This document shows, one piece after another, positions 1-9,778 of a stretch of DNA of 64,000 bases (positions are counted from its first letter, which is position 1; each line of letters opens with the position of its first letter). A program made the translations under genes and the position numbers. The stretch spans positions 224,001-288,000 of the forward strand of contig DAHVQG010000002.1 of NCBI GenBank assembly GCA_027317865.1, in the 5' to 3' direction. Under the pieces are notes generated by a model. The model searched no databases, was not told where the DNA came from, and saw only the letters and a list, made by a program, of their open reading frames with translations. This DNA is from Bdellovibrionales bacterium. Lineage in GTDB: Bacteria > Bdellovibrionota > Bdellovibrionia > Bdellovibrionales > UBA1609.

Positions 1-1910
1 AGAGGCTGAAACCGGTCGGCCGGAGCCCAAAGAGTACTTGCGCCCGATTGCCCGACAATAATTTTCAACCACTTTGCGCCGGTCGATATATTTACAGTCG
101 ATTTCAACACCGTCACAATTTGACCCGGCGAGAGGGAGACATACGAAGCCGTCGCAAGCGCGCTTGGCAAAGTTTTAGGAGTCACCTCACCTTTGCCGAT
201 AACAAACGCAAGGTAGCTTTTTTTATTAGATGCCGTCGGCGGGAGCCTTTTAAGATCCGCCATTGGAACGAAAAAGTACGGCCCCTTACAAGCGTCGGCA
301 AGGGCCGGAGGTTTGAAGAATGGTTGAAAAAAATTAGCCGCTGCGTACACGACCGTCCCGGTGTGATCGATCATTTTGTACCACAATCGTCCGTACTTAT
401 CGGTTGCTGTCGAGACGAGTGCAAATGTCGGCGAATTTCGGCGCGCATCTCGGCGTGCAATATAGAGGACATTATTGTGACCGTAGCGCCTTGGTATACG
501 CGGTGAGTTTCGTACGCGTACAGCCCAAATTCCTTTTTTGAGTTTGAGCATTGCCACTGTACCCAGATGAGCGAACGACACGTATTTGGGTAATTCAATT
601 ACTCCCCAACCTTGTCGATCCGAGCCCGGCAATGTCGAAACAACTCGGACTCGCTCCCGTCCGAAGCCCGCGCTTGTGAGATATCCACAAGCGTATTTTG
701 GTTTCGCGAGTGGGCCATAATAAATTGTGCTTCGGCCCCGGCGCAAAAAGTGGTTCGGAACGATCAGAGTTCGGCTGGGCATTGTCCATGTGCCATATGG
801 GGTACTTGATGATTCTAATATTTTATCAAGAGCCGAATGGCGCTCCGGCACCATCTGGCGAGAAAATGCCGCTCTGAAATTTGCAACAATCTCGTTAAGA
901 GCGTCGCGCTCAACTGAGCCCTCAGGCAAATATTTGTGCCATATACTTGAATCGTTGCGAACAATCGACATCAAGTCGTCATAAAATTGCGCATTTGGCC
1001 TGCTTACATCGCAAAGCGGTTGGCCGTTGTAAGTATAGCTCCAATCCGTGACGGCAAGACTCGCCCAAATCGCCGGTTTTGAATATCCCTCTGAAAAACG
1101 ATAAGGAAAAGGATTAGTAGGTCGAATACAGGAGAATTCTGGCGACATGAGTTTATCACGTAACTCCTGGTAGCCGGACCAAATATAGTCAATACCCGCA
1201 TCAATCGAACGATAAACATTCAAAAGAATGGTTGGGTCCATCGCGCCGGGGTGAAATCGCGCGTTCATTTGCATAATGCCGATATCACCGCTTTTCGCAT
1301 ATATCATTTGTTCAACATTGGGCGCGGCTTTGACATAGCGACAGTCTGGAATAAGCGGCCTCAATGGATTGCGGTAAATTGGCGCTAAAACCGCACGAGT
1401 TTCGGGTCCGAACTCGCGTCGACCTCCGAAACCAGCGAGCGAATTCGAAATTTGGCTGCAGTTTTGACCATCTGCTTGGCGAAAGTGTATACCGCGGCTT
1501 TCGTGTTGAACAATGGCAAGCGCCAGAACCAGAAAAGTATAATAAGAGTAATTTCTATTTGACCCGGCTTTATATCCCCAAAGTGGCTGGTAATGAATTT
1601 TTGCATCAGCTTGGCGAATGATATGCCGAAAAATAAGTTCGAAATAATTTTGCAGGGGGCCGTCGTCAAATAGAGGGCCTATAGCCTTTACATCGGGAGT
1701 GAACGTCAAATAATTGAAGACGTTCGGATCAACAGATATAGGAGCGAGCCTGAGTGTAAACCCTTTAGACATCGAGGGAGTATTTACGTATGCCACCGCG
1801 TTATTGCATAACGCAAAATTTGTCAGTGTAAACGCAGCCAAAATGACTGTTTTTGTCACCCAGCTTTGTCGCAAACGGCTTATTTTTTCGCTGAACTTAA
1901 AAACGCCCAT
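1..1910 (-). CDS. Secreted lytic transglycosylase (SLT-like) protein with C-terminal SH3-like segments; 3' end runs off the window
   Basis: Not in the ORF track because there is no stop in the window. Manual translation from ATG 1910 is open to base 1: hydrophobic N-terminus, AIVQHES (catalytic Glu motif), GDIGIMQMN, NVYRSIDAGIDY; C-terminal LSPGQIVTVL...KWLKI...WAPA. Confidence 0.7.
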   Translation of the reverse strand, partial: MGVFKFSEKISRLRQSWVTKTVILAAFTLTNFALCNNAVAYVNTPSMSKGFTLRLAPISVDPNVFNYLTFTPDVKAIGPLFDDGPLQNYFELIFRHIIRQADAKIHYQPLWGYKAGSNRNYSYYTFLVLALAIVQHESRGIHFRQADGQNCSQISNSLAGFGGRREFGPETRAVLAPIYRNPLRPLIPDCRYVKAAPNVEQMIYAKSGDIGIMQMNARFHPGAMDPTILLNVYRSIDAGIDYIWSGYQELRDKLMSPEFSCIRPTNPFPYRFSEGYSKPAIWASLAVTDWSYTYNGQPLCDVSRPNAQFYDDLMSIVRNDSSIWHKYLPEGSVERDALNEIVANFRAAFSRQMVPERHSALDKILESSSTPYGTWTMPSRTLIVPNHFLRRGRSTIYYGPLAKPKYACGYLTSAGFGRERVRVVSTLPGSDRQGWGVIELPKYVSFAHLGTVAMLKLKKGIWAVRVRNSPRIPRRYGHNNVLYIARRDARRNSPTFALVSTATDKYGRLWYKMIDHTGTVVYAAANFFQPFFKPPALADACKGPYFFVPMADLKRLPPTASNKKSYLAFVIGKGEVTPKTLPSALATASYVSLSPGQIVTVLKSTVNISTGAKWLKIIVGQSGASTLWAPADRFQP

Positions 1911-1990
1911 TGACTTCAAGGTTATCTGCAAATACGACTCCGTTTATAGTTCATAAGATCTCGTAATTTCAGAGATAAAAAAGGAGCGCC

Positions 1991-2251
1991 ATGGGCGATT
2001 TTAGTATTTGGCATCTAATCATCATCGCGGGGATCGCTTTGTTACTTTTCGGCCCCAGCCGTTTACCAAAACTAGGTAAATCTCTTGGTGAAGCTATCCG
2101 TGACTTCAAAAAAGGTCTCAATGGTGACGAGATCGATGTCACAAGTACTTCGCAGCGCGACCAAATCCAAGCGCCTGATCAACAAACTGTTGGTAGAGAA
2201 CGACAAGCCAACTCTCAGCCGCAGACCGAACAAGATAAGCACAAAGTTTAA
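1991..2251 (+). CDS. tatA: Twin-arginine translocase subunit TatA/E
   Basis: TM helix then LLFGPSRLPKLGKSLGEAIRDFKK; SD AAGGAG upstream. Confidence 0.95.
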   Translation: MGDFSIWHLIIIAGIALLLFGPSRLPKLGKSLGEAIRDFKKGLNGDEIDVTSTSQRDQIQAPDQQTVGRERQANSQPQTEQDKHKV

Positions 2252-4314
2252 ATCGTGCGAACAGCATCGGCGATTGAGTGAGCATCAAGCCGATGTTTAC
2301 GATAAAGGTCGGCGGCTTTGTACGCACTTTGACCAAATTCGCCGGTTACACCCAAAGAGCGAACACTAAGATTCTGCCCTTCACAAAGTAACTTTTGAAT
2401 TAAAATGCCCCCCATACCACAGATCAACTGATGGTCTTCAACTGTGATCAGACTCCCGCCCGTGTTTCGCAGACAGGCACGAAGAGTTGAAAGGTCAGGG
2501 TTGTTGATGCAAGACGGATTGACGACGCATACACCGATCTTTTCTTTCTCAAGCTCGTAGGCAGCCTCAAGCGCTTGATGAAGTAGCGGCCCCGCCGCAA
2601 CAATTGTCGCCTTGCCCGAACACTTATCGGTATTGTCGAAAACGACTTGCGCGTGCCCGAGTTTGTACGGGTACTCAGCAGGTAAATAACTGCGCGGAAA
2701 GTTTTCTCGGCCCAAGAAAAAAATCTGACTTCGTGGCACCCGGCCAGCTTTGCGATCTTCAGCGAATTTCAGTATCGCTTGTTCAACAAGAGCTTCGGCT
2801 TCAGAACTTGAAGTCAAACTGTAAACATCGCTCATCGGAATAGCCGATGTCATTGCAAAATAGGTAAGCGCCTGATGAGAGGCTCCGTCCGCCGCATCTT
2901 GAAAACCCGTGTGTGAAAAAAAGGCGATCATCGGTGCTTCAGATAACGATGCCATAATGAGCGGCAACGCGCCTTTGGTCACTCCAAACTGCGCAAACGT
3001 ATCGACTACAGGAATATACCCTTCTTTTGAAAGCCCTGCGGCCATGCTGATCATATTCGATTCAGCTACGCCGACATCTTGCGAAGAATTGCGAAATTCT
3101 TTTTGAAAAGAGGCAAGCCCGGTTGAACCGGGCAAATCGGCGGAGATAGAAATAAGTGGCAAACCCGCCTTTTTTATTTTTATCAGCGCTCGCCCAACAC
3201 CCGCCTGCACTTTTTCAGTTATGGCTATTGCTTCTGCGGTTGTTGCGGCGCCCGCCGCTGACGCCTTTTTAGCTTTTGATTGCTCAACAAGTTTGTCGCA
3301 CCAATCGTAAAATTCTTTTGGAACTGACCCCGCCTCGTCCGCTTCTTTTTTGTACTGATAAATTTCGTCAATGAACGCCTTTAGTTCTTCGGGGTTTGAA
3401 AGCGGAAAACCGTGCCCACCAGACGCGGACTTTTCTGTTTTCACCGTGCCATAACCTTTTATGGTGTGCGCATGAATAGCAACGGGCGTTCTCGGATTTT
3501 GGCGCGCTTGTGCAATCGCCGTTTCGATGACATCCATACATTTTTGCAGATCGTGGCCGTTTTCAATTTCAATTACCCTCCAGCCCAATACACTTAAGGA
3601 TGCAAATGATGGCTGCATAGAAAACGCGTCTTGATCGATCCGACCCGAAAGTTTGGTATTGTTGTCGCTGATAATGAGAACGTAAGGATTCATTTTGTCA
3701 TGAGCCGCTAGCCCCGGAATGGCCGCAAGCGCTTCTCGAGCTTCGCCCTCCATGCACGCGCCGTCAGAAATAGTGGTTACAGTTACGCGATCACGCACGG
3801 CTATCCGGTCGCCGAAACAAAGGCCCTGCGACTGCGGTAAACAAGAACCCAAAGGACCATTACTCAGATACACGGCCTGCGGGAAGAGATGAACCTCGCC
3901 ATGACCAGTGAGGCGACTATCAAGGGCGCGAAAACTTCTTAGTGTTTCTAACGACAAATCGGCAAAACCATAATTCGCCTTGAGCGCGTAGAGACCGTTT
4001 TCACAGTGACCCGCATCGTTAATTAAGTGAAAAAGTTCGTGCCACGGCCGACGTTTCGCGCGAGCCTCGTGAAAAACAATCCCGTGAAGAGCTGACATAA
4101 GTTCCGCAAGCGCAGATGGTCCGCCAAAATGTGAAGCGGCCCCGCCCAGCACCGCTTGCATATCCATAAGAGCGACCATGGCGCGTGTCGCGTTTGGATC
4201 AGCAACTTGAATTTCTTCGCCAGAACGCAGATGGACGTTAACAAAATAACGAGGTTCAGTTTTAGGCGTATCCGCGAGTTTGGTTTTGATCTGCAGCGGT
4301 GTAATAGCTTCCAT
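2248..4314 (-). CDS. Transketolase-family TPP enzyme
   Basis: SHFGG, DAGH, LTGHG, SDGACMEG...DNN TPP motif, GVAESNM, DGASHQ, TVEDH. Confidence 0.85.
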   Translation of the reverse strand: MEAITPLQIKTKLADTPKTEPRYFVNVHLRSGEEIQVADPNATRAMVALMDMQAVLGGAASHFGGPSALAELMSALHGIVFHEARAKRRPWHELFHLINDAGHCENGLYALKANYGFADLSLETLRSFRALDSRLTGHGEVHLFPQAVYLSNGPLGSCLPQSQGLCFGDRIAVRDRVTVTTISDGACMEGEAREALAAIPGLAAHDKMNPYVLIISDNNTKLSGRIDQDAFSMQPSFASLSVLGWRVIEIENGHDLQKCMDVIETAIAQARQNPRTPVAIHAHTIKGYGTVKTEKSASGGHGFPLSNPEELKAFIDEIYQYKKEADEAGSVPKEFYDWCDKLVEQSKAKKASAAGAATTAEAIAITEKVQAGVGRALIKIKKAGLPLISISADLPGSTGLASFQKEFRNSSQDVGVAESNMISMAAGLSKEGYIPVVDTFAQFGVTKGALPLIMASLSEAPMIAFFSHTGFQDAADGASHQALTYFAMTSAIPMSDVYSLTSSSEAEALVEQAILKFAEDRKAGRVPRSQIFFLGRENFPRSYLPAEYPYKLGHAQVVFDNTDKCSGKATIVAAGPLLHQALEAAYELEKEKIGVCVVNPSCINNPDLSTLRACLRNTGGSLITVEDHQLICGMGGILIQKLLCEGQNLSVRSLGVTGEFGQSAYKAADLYRKHRLDAHSIADAVRTI

Positions 4315-4389
4315 GATTCATGCGTCGGCTCAACTTTGGCGACGCCTCCTCGCTTGATTAGTAAGTGCAAAGCACCTATACGTCAATAA

Positions 4390-5406
4390 ATGGAAAGCGA
4401 AACACACAAACAGCTTATTAAGTTACCTAAGGTTGAACTGCACCGGCACCTGGAGCTCTCAATTCGCCACTCCACCATCAAAGAACTGGCGCCGAATTTT
4501 GACATTGATCTTCCGGATGAGCAGACGTTTTTGGATCGTTTTGTTATTCGTGAGCCGATGCGAAATCTGGGCGATGTTTTGAATAAATTTTTAGATACTC
4601 AACTGCTTCTGGCCAGCGAAGAAATTTTGGACCGCATAACTTACGAAGCTTGCATTGACGCGTTTAACGAAGGCATCCGCGTCCTCGAGCTTCGCTACGC
4701 CCCCACATTTGTGCGCCATCGTCATGAAAGCATGAGTTTTCAGAAAATTCACAACGCAATTGTCAAGGGCATGCGCCGCGCTGAAAGCGAATGTGCCATT
4801 GCGGTTGGAATTATTTGTATAATCCAACGTATCCTCCCTGTTAAAGACGCAGAGGCGGTGACCGCGTTTGCTATTGAAAACAAAGACTCATTTATTGGGC
4901 TCGATCTAGCTGACAACGAAGATGGCTTTGACTCAAAACCATTTTCGCCGTTTTTTATGCGTGCGAAATCGGCCGGCCTTGGAATTACGGTTCACGCCGG
5001 CGAAGTCAATTTGCCCAGTTCTCCGCGAAATGTTAAAGACGCGATCGATTATTTGGGCGCGACCCGGATCGGGCACGGCGTGCGAATTTACGCCGACCCC
5101 GAGGTGATTCAGTATGTTCGCAACCGCGGAGTTGTTCTCGAACTTTGCCCAACGAGCAATTATTTGACTCAAGCAGTATCAGGCGGATTTTCGGATCTTC
5201 CGTACCGTCAGCTGTTTGACTCCGGAGTTCGCGTCACGTTCAATACAGATGATCCCGGCATTTTTGCGACTAACCTCGTTCACGAATATGAAATTTTGCG
5301 GGAGCATTGCGGGTTCACAATCGAAGATCTAAAACGCAGTAACGAAACTGCAAAATCCGCGAGTTTTATCTCCCAAAACAAAATTGCAAAAGTTTGGTCG
5401 CAATAA
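4390..5406 (+). CDS. add: Adenosine deaminase
   Basis: ELHRHLE, HAGE, RIGHG, CPTSN, NTDDP. Confidence 0.9.
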   Translation: MESETHKQLIKLPKVELHRHLELSIRHSTIKELAPNFDIDLPDEQTFLDRFVIREPMRNLGDVLNKFLDTQLLLASEEILDRITYEACIDAFNEGIRVLELRYAPTFVRHRHESMSFQKIHNAIVKGMRRAESECAIAVGIICIIQRILPVKDAEAVTAFAIENKDSFIGLDLADNEDGFDSKPFSPFFMRAKSAGLGITVHAGEVNLPSSPRNVKDAIDYLGATRIGHGVRIYADPEVIQYVRNRGVVLELCPTSNYLTQAVSGGFSDLPYRQLFDSGVRVTFNTDDPGIFATNLVHEYEILREHCGFTIEDLKRSNETAKSASFISQNKIAKVWSQ

Positions 5407-5408
5407 GG

Positions 5409-6059
5409 TCACTGCTTGCTAATCACCCGGCCGTCGGCAATTTTAACGACGTGGCTCGCCAGCGCTTCAATGTCTGCCGGATCGTGTGACACGAGAAGAG
5501 TCGGCACTTTGTACTCGTTAACAACCGCTTTTACGAGTTCGCGTGCGTCTTGACGAAGTTCTATATCAAGAGCTGAAAACGGCTCATCCAAAAATAAAAA
5601 TCTTGGATTTCGAATTAGGGCTCGAGCCAGAGCCACGCGTTGCCGTTCGCCGCCAGACAGCACCGATACTTTTCTTTTTAATATGGTTTCGATTTGCAGT
5701 CGCGTTGCCAATCGATCGAGTCGCGAGCGGGCCTCGTCCGGCGAAAGTCTCTGTGCTTTGGCGGCAAATAGAATGTTGTCTCCAGCTGTCATATGTGCAA
5801 AGAGTTCGTAATTTTGAAACACCACGGCCAAATTCCGCTTTTCGACCGGTAGTTTGGCCAGATCTTTTTCGCCCTCCGGTGTTGAAACCATCCAACTTAA
5901 ACCAGGGCAATCTTCAAGGCCAAGCAGAATCCGAATCACCGACGTTTTACCGGAACCGGATCGACCCGAAAGTGCCGTTATACCCTCATCGGCAATTTTT
6001 AATTCAGGAATTTCAATATTAAATCCATCATAGGCTTTTTTTAAATTTCGAATGATCAC
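5409..6059 (-). CDS. ABC transporter ATP-binding subunit (ThiQ-like)
   Basis: GRSGSGKT, LSGGERQRVALARAL, FLDEPFSALD, VSHD. Confidence 0.9.
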   Translation of the reverse strand: MIIRNLKKAYDGFNIEIPELKIADEGITALSGRSGSGKTSVIRILLGLEDCPGLSWMVSTPEGEKDLAKLPVEKRNLAVVFQNYELFAHMTAGDNILFAAKAQRLSPDEARSRLDRLATRLQIETILKRKVSVLSGGERQRVALARALIRNPRFLFLDEPFSALDIELRQDARELVKAVVNEYKVPTLLVSHDPADIEALASHVVKIADGRVISKQ

Positions 6060-6072
6060 TCGAATCTCCTAT

Positions 6073-7449
6073 TTAATTTTCAACGGCAAAAATGCGTCCC
6101 AACAAGTAACAAATGAAAAACACGAACCCGCCAGTCAGAAGCGAAAGCCAGGTCACGACTGTCGCAAGCTCCATCCGGTAGCCGCCCATCAAAGACTGCG
6201 CCGTAAGTGCGAGTGTGATATCTCTGCCGGCAATTAAAGTTGCAAATGCAAAATCGCCGCTTGCCCATACGGCCGCCAATCCGCAAACCCACATCAACTC
6301 ACGCGCGCGTTGGGGCCAAACAACTTGTCGAAAAATGAGCCAGGCACCCGCTCCTTCAATGCGCGCAATATCCATTTGCCCCTCGAGCGATTTTACCATC
6401 GAGCGCCCGCGCAAACGGTAGAGAGAAGGCAAAATCAAAACCGCAAAACCGACTGAAATCACAACAAGACGCTCGGGTATCGATAGAGTTTCGACCGGTA
6501 TCAAAAGATAAATAGCAAACCCGGTGAGCACGAGGCTCGGCGCAACGTAGCCGGCTAATATACGATCGACAATTTTATGAGAGGATAAAAGGAACACACT
6601 GACAAAAAACATCCCCGTAAGCAAACTGACCGCAAACGCCTCAAAAATCGTGCCCATAAACCGCGAAAAAATCTGTTCTTTCAATACATCTGCAGCAAGC
6701 AATTGTTTAATACCGACCGACAAGCCATGCAGCGACCCGGCGATTACGACAACCGATATAAAAAGTGTCGCAAATAACGCTTGGGGGAGAAAAACTCGTC
6801 GCAAAAACCGGGGTTGCCGTTCGTTTTGACTGTAGCCTACACTTAAAACAAGCGAAAACATAAATACCAGTGCCGCTTCAAACCCGGCTAAAAGTAATGC
6901 CCGTTTGATCGCAGCATGCTGAATGAATTCGCGATAAATTAAAACTTCAATCGTGGCCCCGGTCCGCGCGCCCAACACAAGTGGTATCGAAAAACTCGTG
7001 AAACACACGACAAAAAGAAAGAAGAATAAACCCGTGGCTTCGCCTTTTAATCCACGAACGCACTGCCATATGATCCGCCACTTCGACGCCCCTTCAATCG
7101 TCGCAATTTCGATGACACCACCTAATTTAGTTTCAAGTGCGCGAGCCAGCACAACCGCTATAATGCCAAAGTTAGCCAGAACGTGCGCAATCACCACGCC
7201 GTAAATCCCAAACGGAAAAGTCGTCAATGAGCCGACTATATTCAGAGTCGCAAGTATTACAAATAGCGCGGGCAATAGCCCTGGGAGCAAAAGTATCACC
7301 TCGCCCAAACGCCTCTGCATGCCCTGACGAAATCCGACGATTCCAAACGCGCCCAAAAAACCGACAAGAATTGCTATAGAAGCCGAGAGCAACGACTGTG
7401 CGAGTGAAAACGCAAAGACGCTCGAAAACTCATTCAGAAATTCTGCCAT
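6073..7449 (-). CDS. ABC transporter permease, two fused domains (ThiP-like)
   Basis: Multiple TM helices with two EAA-like loops (EIATIEGAS, DIARIEGAG). Confidence 0.85.
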   Translation of the reverse strand: MAEFLNEFSSVFAFSLAQSLLSASIAILVGFLGAFGIVGFRQGMQRRLGEVILLLPGLLPALFVILATLNIVGSLTTFPFGIYGVVIAHVLANFGIIAVVLARALETKLGGVIEIATIEGASKWRIIWQCVRGLKGEATGLFFFLFVVCFTSFSIPLVLGARTGATIEVLIYREFIQHAAIKRALLLAGFEAALVFMFSLVLSVGYSQNERQPRFLRRVFLPQALFATLFISVVVIAGSLHGLSVGIKQLLAADVLKEQIFSRFMGTIFEAFAVSLLTGMFFVSVFLLSSHKIVDRILAGYVAPSLVLTGFAIYLLIPVETLSIPERLVVISVGFAVLILPSLYRLRGRSMVKSLEGQMDIARIEGAGAWLIFRQVVWPQRARELMWVCGLAAVWASGDFAFATLIAGRDITLALTAQSLMGGYRMELATVVTWLSLLTGGFVFFICYLLGRIFAVEN

Positions 7450-8477
7450 GCCTGAATCAGTTCATTTTGTTTATGCGCAAACTTACCGAGCCCTTCGCGC
7501 CCCAAAACCTTAACTTTCGGCAAATCCCGAAAGGCTCCGCTTAGCGGCACACCGGCGATTACGGGGTACATAAAGTTTTTTTCAGCTAGTACCTTTTGAT
7601 TTTGAACCGTCAAAAGGTCGCGGACAAAATCTTTTGCCGTTGCGCAGTCCCAGCATGAATCAGGAACAAAAGCATATTCAATCTGCGCAGGCTGCCCTTC
7701 TTGAAACGGCATAAATTGATATCGATGATCTTTTTCAACCTGCCAATGATATACAAGAGAAGTCAGATAACTAAATGCGATTTTAGCTTGGCCGCTTTTA
7801 AATAATCCGTATGCCATTGACCATGTTGGCGCGACTGTTTCGGTCACTCGACGCAAAGACTGAAGCGCACCACGAACATTTGTTTGCGTTCGAAAAATCC
7901 AATACAACCACTCAAGCCCCGCCGAGCTAAGCCCTGGATCTTCTAGCACCAACGACTTTGCTGGCGCCATTTTTAAGAATTCCGCAAGGCTTTTAAACGG
8001 TTTTACTTCGCCCCGGCGATAAACAAAACCCATTGGCGACCAGTCGTACGGAACATAACGGGGGAAGACCATTGTATGAACTTCTTTTCGAAAGTTCTCA
8101 TTAGGCAACATCACTTCTTGGGTCGGAATCGATTTCGAAACGTTTTCCAGATCGAGCAGGTCGACACCCAAAACCACATCGACCCGGCGAGTTGGGTCGA
8201 GTTTCATTTTGTCGATAGCTGTTTGAGCGCCTCCCATATCGACGTAGTCAACCGTACAACCACACGTTTTCTCAAAATTCTTCTTTATTTCTTCACCGGG
8301 CCCAAACGAACTTATGAAACTTTTAGGCGCATAAACAATAAGGCGAATTTCGTGTTTTTGGGTTTCATGTTGCATGATCGTTTGTCTAAAAAAATAACCG
8401 ATGATTGCCGCAAAAATACCGACTACAATAAACATTAAAATCAGCGAAATTTTCGATATATTCAGCTTCGAATTCAT
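7434..8477 (-). CDS. Thiamine ABC transporter substrate-binding protein (ThiB/TbpA-like)
   Basis: SFISSFGPG, FEKTCGC, DVVLGVD, PYDW, WSMAYGLF, SYLTS resemble ThiB motifs. Confidence 0.75.
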   Translation of the reverse strand: MNSKLNISKISLILMFIVVGIFAAIIGYFFRQTIMQHETQKHEIRLIVYAPKSFISSFGPGEEIKKNFEKTCGCTVDYVDMGGAQTAIDKMKLDPTRRVDVVLGVDLLDLENVSKSIPTQEVMLPNENFRKEVHTMVFPRYVPYDWSPMGFVYRRGEVKPFKSLAEFLKMAPAKSLVLEDPGLSSAGLEWLYWIFRTQTNVRGALQSLRRVTETVAPTWSMAYGLFKSGQAKIAFSYLTSLVYHWQVEKDHRYQFMPFQEGQPAQIEYAFVPDSCWDCATAKDFVRDLLTVQNQKVLAEKNFMYPVIAGVPLSGAFRDLPKVKVLGREGLGKFAHKQNELIQAWQNF

Positions 8478-8498
8478 TTCAACCCTTCAGGCCAATTT

Positions 8499-8981
8499 TT
8501 ACCACCATAGTCCCCGCTGGCGCTTATAAAAGTAATAATCGAGACCGAAACAGCGGCCCGCGCCCACCCAGAACATAACGACAAACAAAGCAAGATAGGT
8601 TTGCTCGAGCACCGTCAAATTTGGGCCGCCAATGTAAATAAAATTAAGCGTTAGTAAAATTCCGAGTAAAGACGCCGGTCGGACAAAGAGCCCTATTAGA
8701 AAACAAATTCCAATAATGAACTCGCAGTAGGTAATGAAATAGGCAAAAATGCGCCAATCGGGGACGACAACGTATTGCAAGAAATTGGCGTACCAACCCG
8801 GCAGGTTGCGCTGTGGTAGGTTATCCATAATCATCGCGGCGAGCTTTGGCTGCGTTAAAAAATTACCGCTGAGTCGAATGAGCGCCGAACTCAAAAAATA
8901 ATACCCAAGAAAAATCCGCATTAGCGCGATCGGGTAAAGATGCCCGACATATTTTGCGCTTTCGAAAAATGAAACAAACAT
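8499..8981 (-). CDS. DoxX/DoxD-family membrane protein
   Basis: RIFLG, E..IG...LIGLFVR, GAGRCFGLD; start moved to ATG 8981 after a GGGGG SD. Confidence 0.8.
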   Translation of the reverse strand: MFVSFFESAKYVGHLYPIALMRIFLGYYFLSSALIRLSGNFLTQPKLAAMIMDNLPQRNLPGWYANFLQYVVVPDWRIFAYFITYCEFIIGICFLIGLFVRPASLLGILLTLNFIYIGGPNLTVLEQTYLALFVVMFWVGAGRCFGLDYYFYKRQRGLWW

Positions 8982-9007
8982 GAGGCACAACCCCCTGATT
9001 TCAGAGT

Positions 9008-9658
9008 TTAAATTACGCCAAGTTTCGGGCAAATGTCATTGAGAAAGCATCCGTCGCAATTTGGCTTGCGCGCCTTGCAGACACCCCTTCCGTGAAGAAT
9101 AAGCCAATGCGAAAAATTCACCCAATGCCTTTTCGGGATGAGGTCATTTAACTCCTCTTCAATAGCTTCGGCCGTTTTACCTTTCGAAAGTGCCAATCGA
9201 CAGCTAAGGCGGGTCACGTGGGTGTCAACGACAACTCCGGACGCGATACCAAACGCATTGCCCAAAACAACATTTGCGGTTTTTCGGCCAACACCGGGCA
9301 ACTCCACGAGCGCCTCTATCGTTGAGGGCACCTGGCCGCCGTGTTCAGTCACAATCGAACGGGCTGCGGCTATGATATTTCGGGCTTTATTTTTATAAAA
9401 ACCTGTCGAACGAATGTCCTGCTCCAGTTCGCTGTGTTTAGCGTCAGCAAACGCCTGTATTGACGGGTATTTTTTAAACAACGTTTTTGTCACAATGTTG
9501 ACACGTTCGTCGGTGCACTGTGCGCTCAGAATTGTTGCAACTAAAAGTTCACCGGGATTTGTATGATGAAGCGCACACTCGGGATGCGGCATTCTTTTCT
9601 GAAACCTTTTGATGATTTCACGAACACGCCTCCGTTTTTGGTCTAGGCTTTCTCGCAT
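9008..9658 (-). CDS. nth: Endonuclease III
   Basis: LLVATILSAQCTD, HhH LPGVGRKTANVVL, VDTHV, C-terminal 4Fe-4S CKARKPNCDGCFLNDIC. Confidence 0.97.
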   Translation of the reverse strand: MRESLDQKRRRVREIIKRFQKRMPHPECALHHTNPGELLVATILSAQCTDERVNIVTKTLFKKYPSIQAFADAKHSELEQDIRSTGFYKNKARNIIAAARSIVTEHGGQVPSTIEALVELPGVGRKTANVVLGNAFGIASGVVVDTHVTRLSCRLALSKGKTAEAIEEELNDLIPKRHWVNFSHWLILHGRGVCKARKPNCDGCFLNDICPKLGVI

Positions 9659-9778
9659 AATTCTCCTTGAGCATGATGCTTAAATTGTCACACGGACTCT
9701 CGACCAGTTGGTACTAGAAAGACGACGGCAACGTCCACAGAAATTGTTACACTTAAAAGGTGTTCAAAGGAGCCGATT

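Noticed and set aside
48-1956. Short ORFs listed in the track for the first 2 kb
   Set aside because: They are shadows of the long minus-strand gene 1910 to <1
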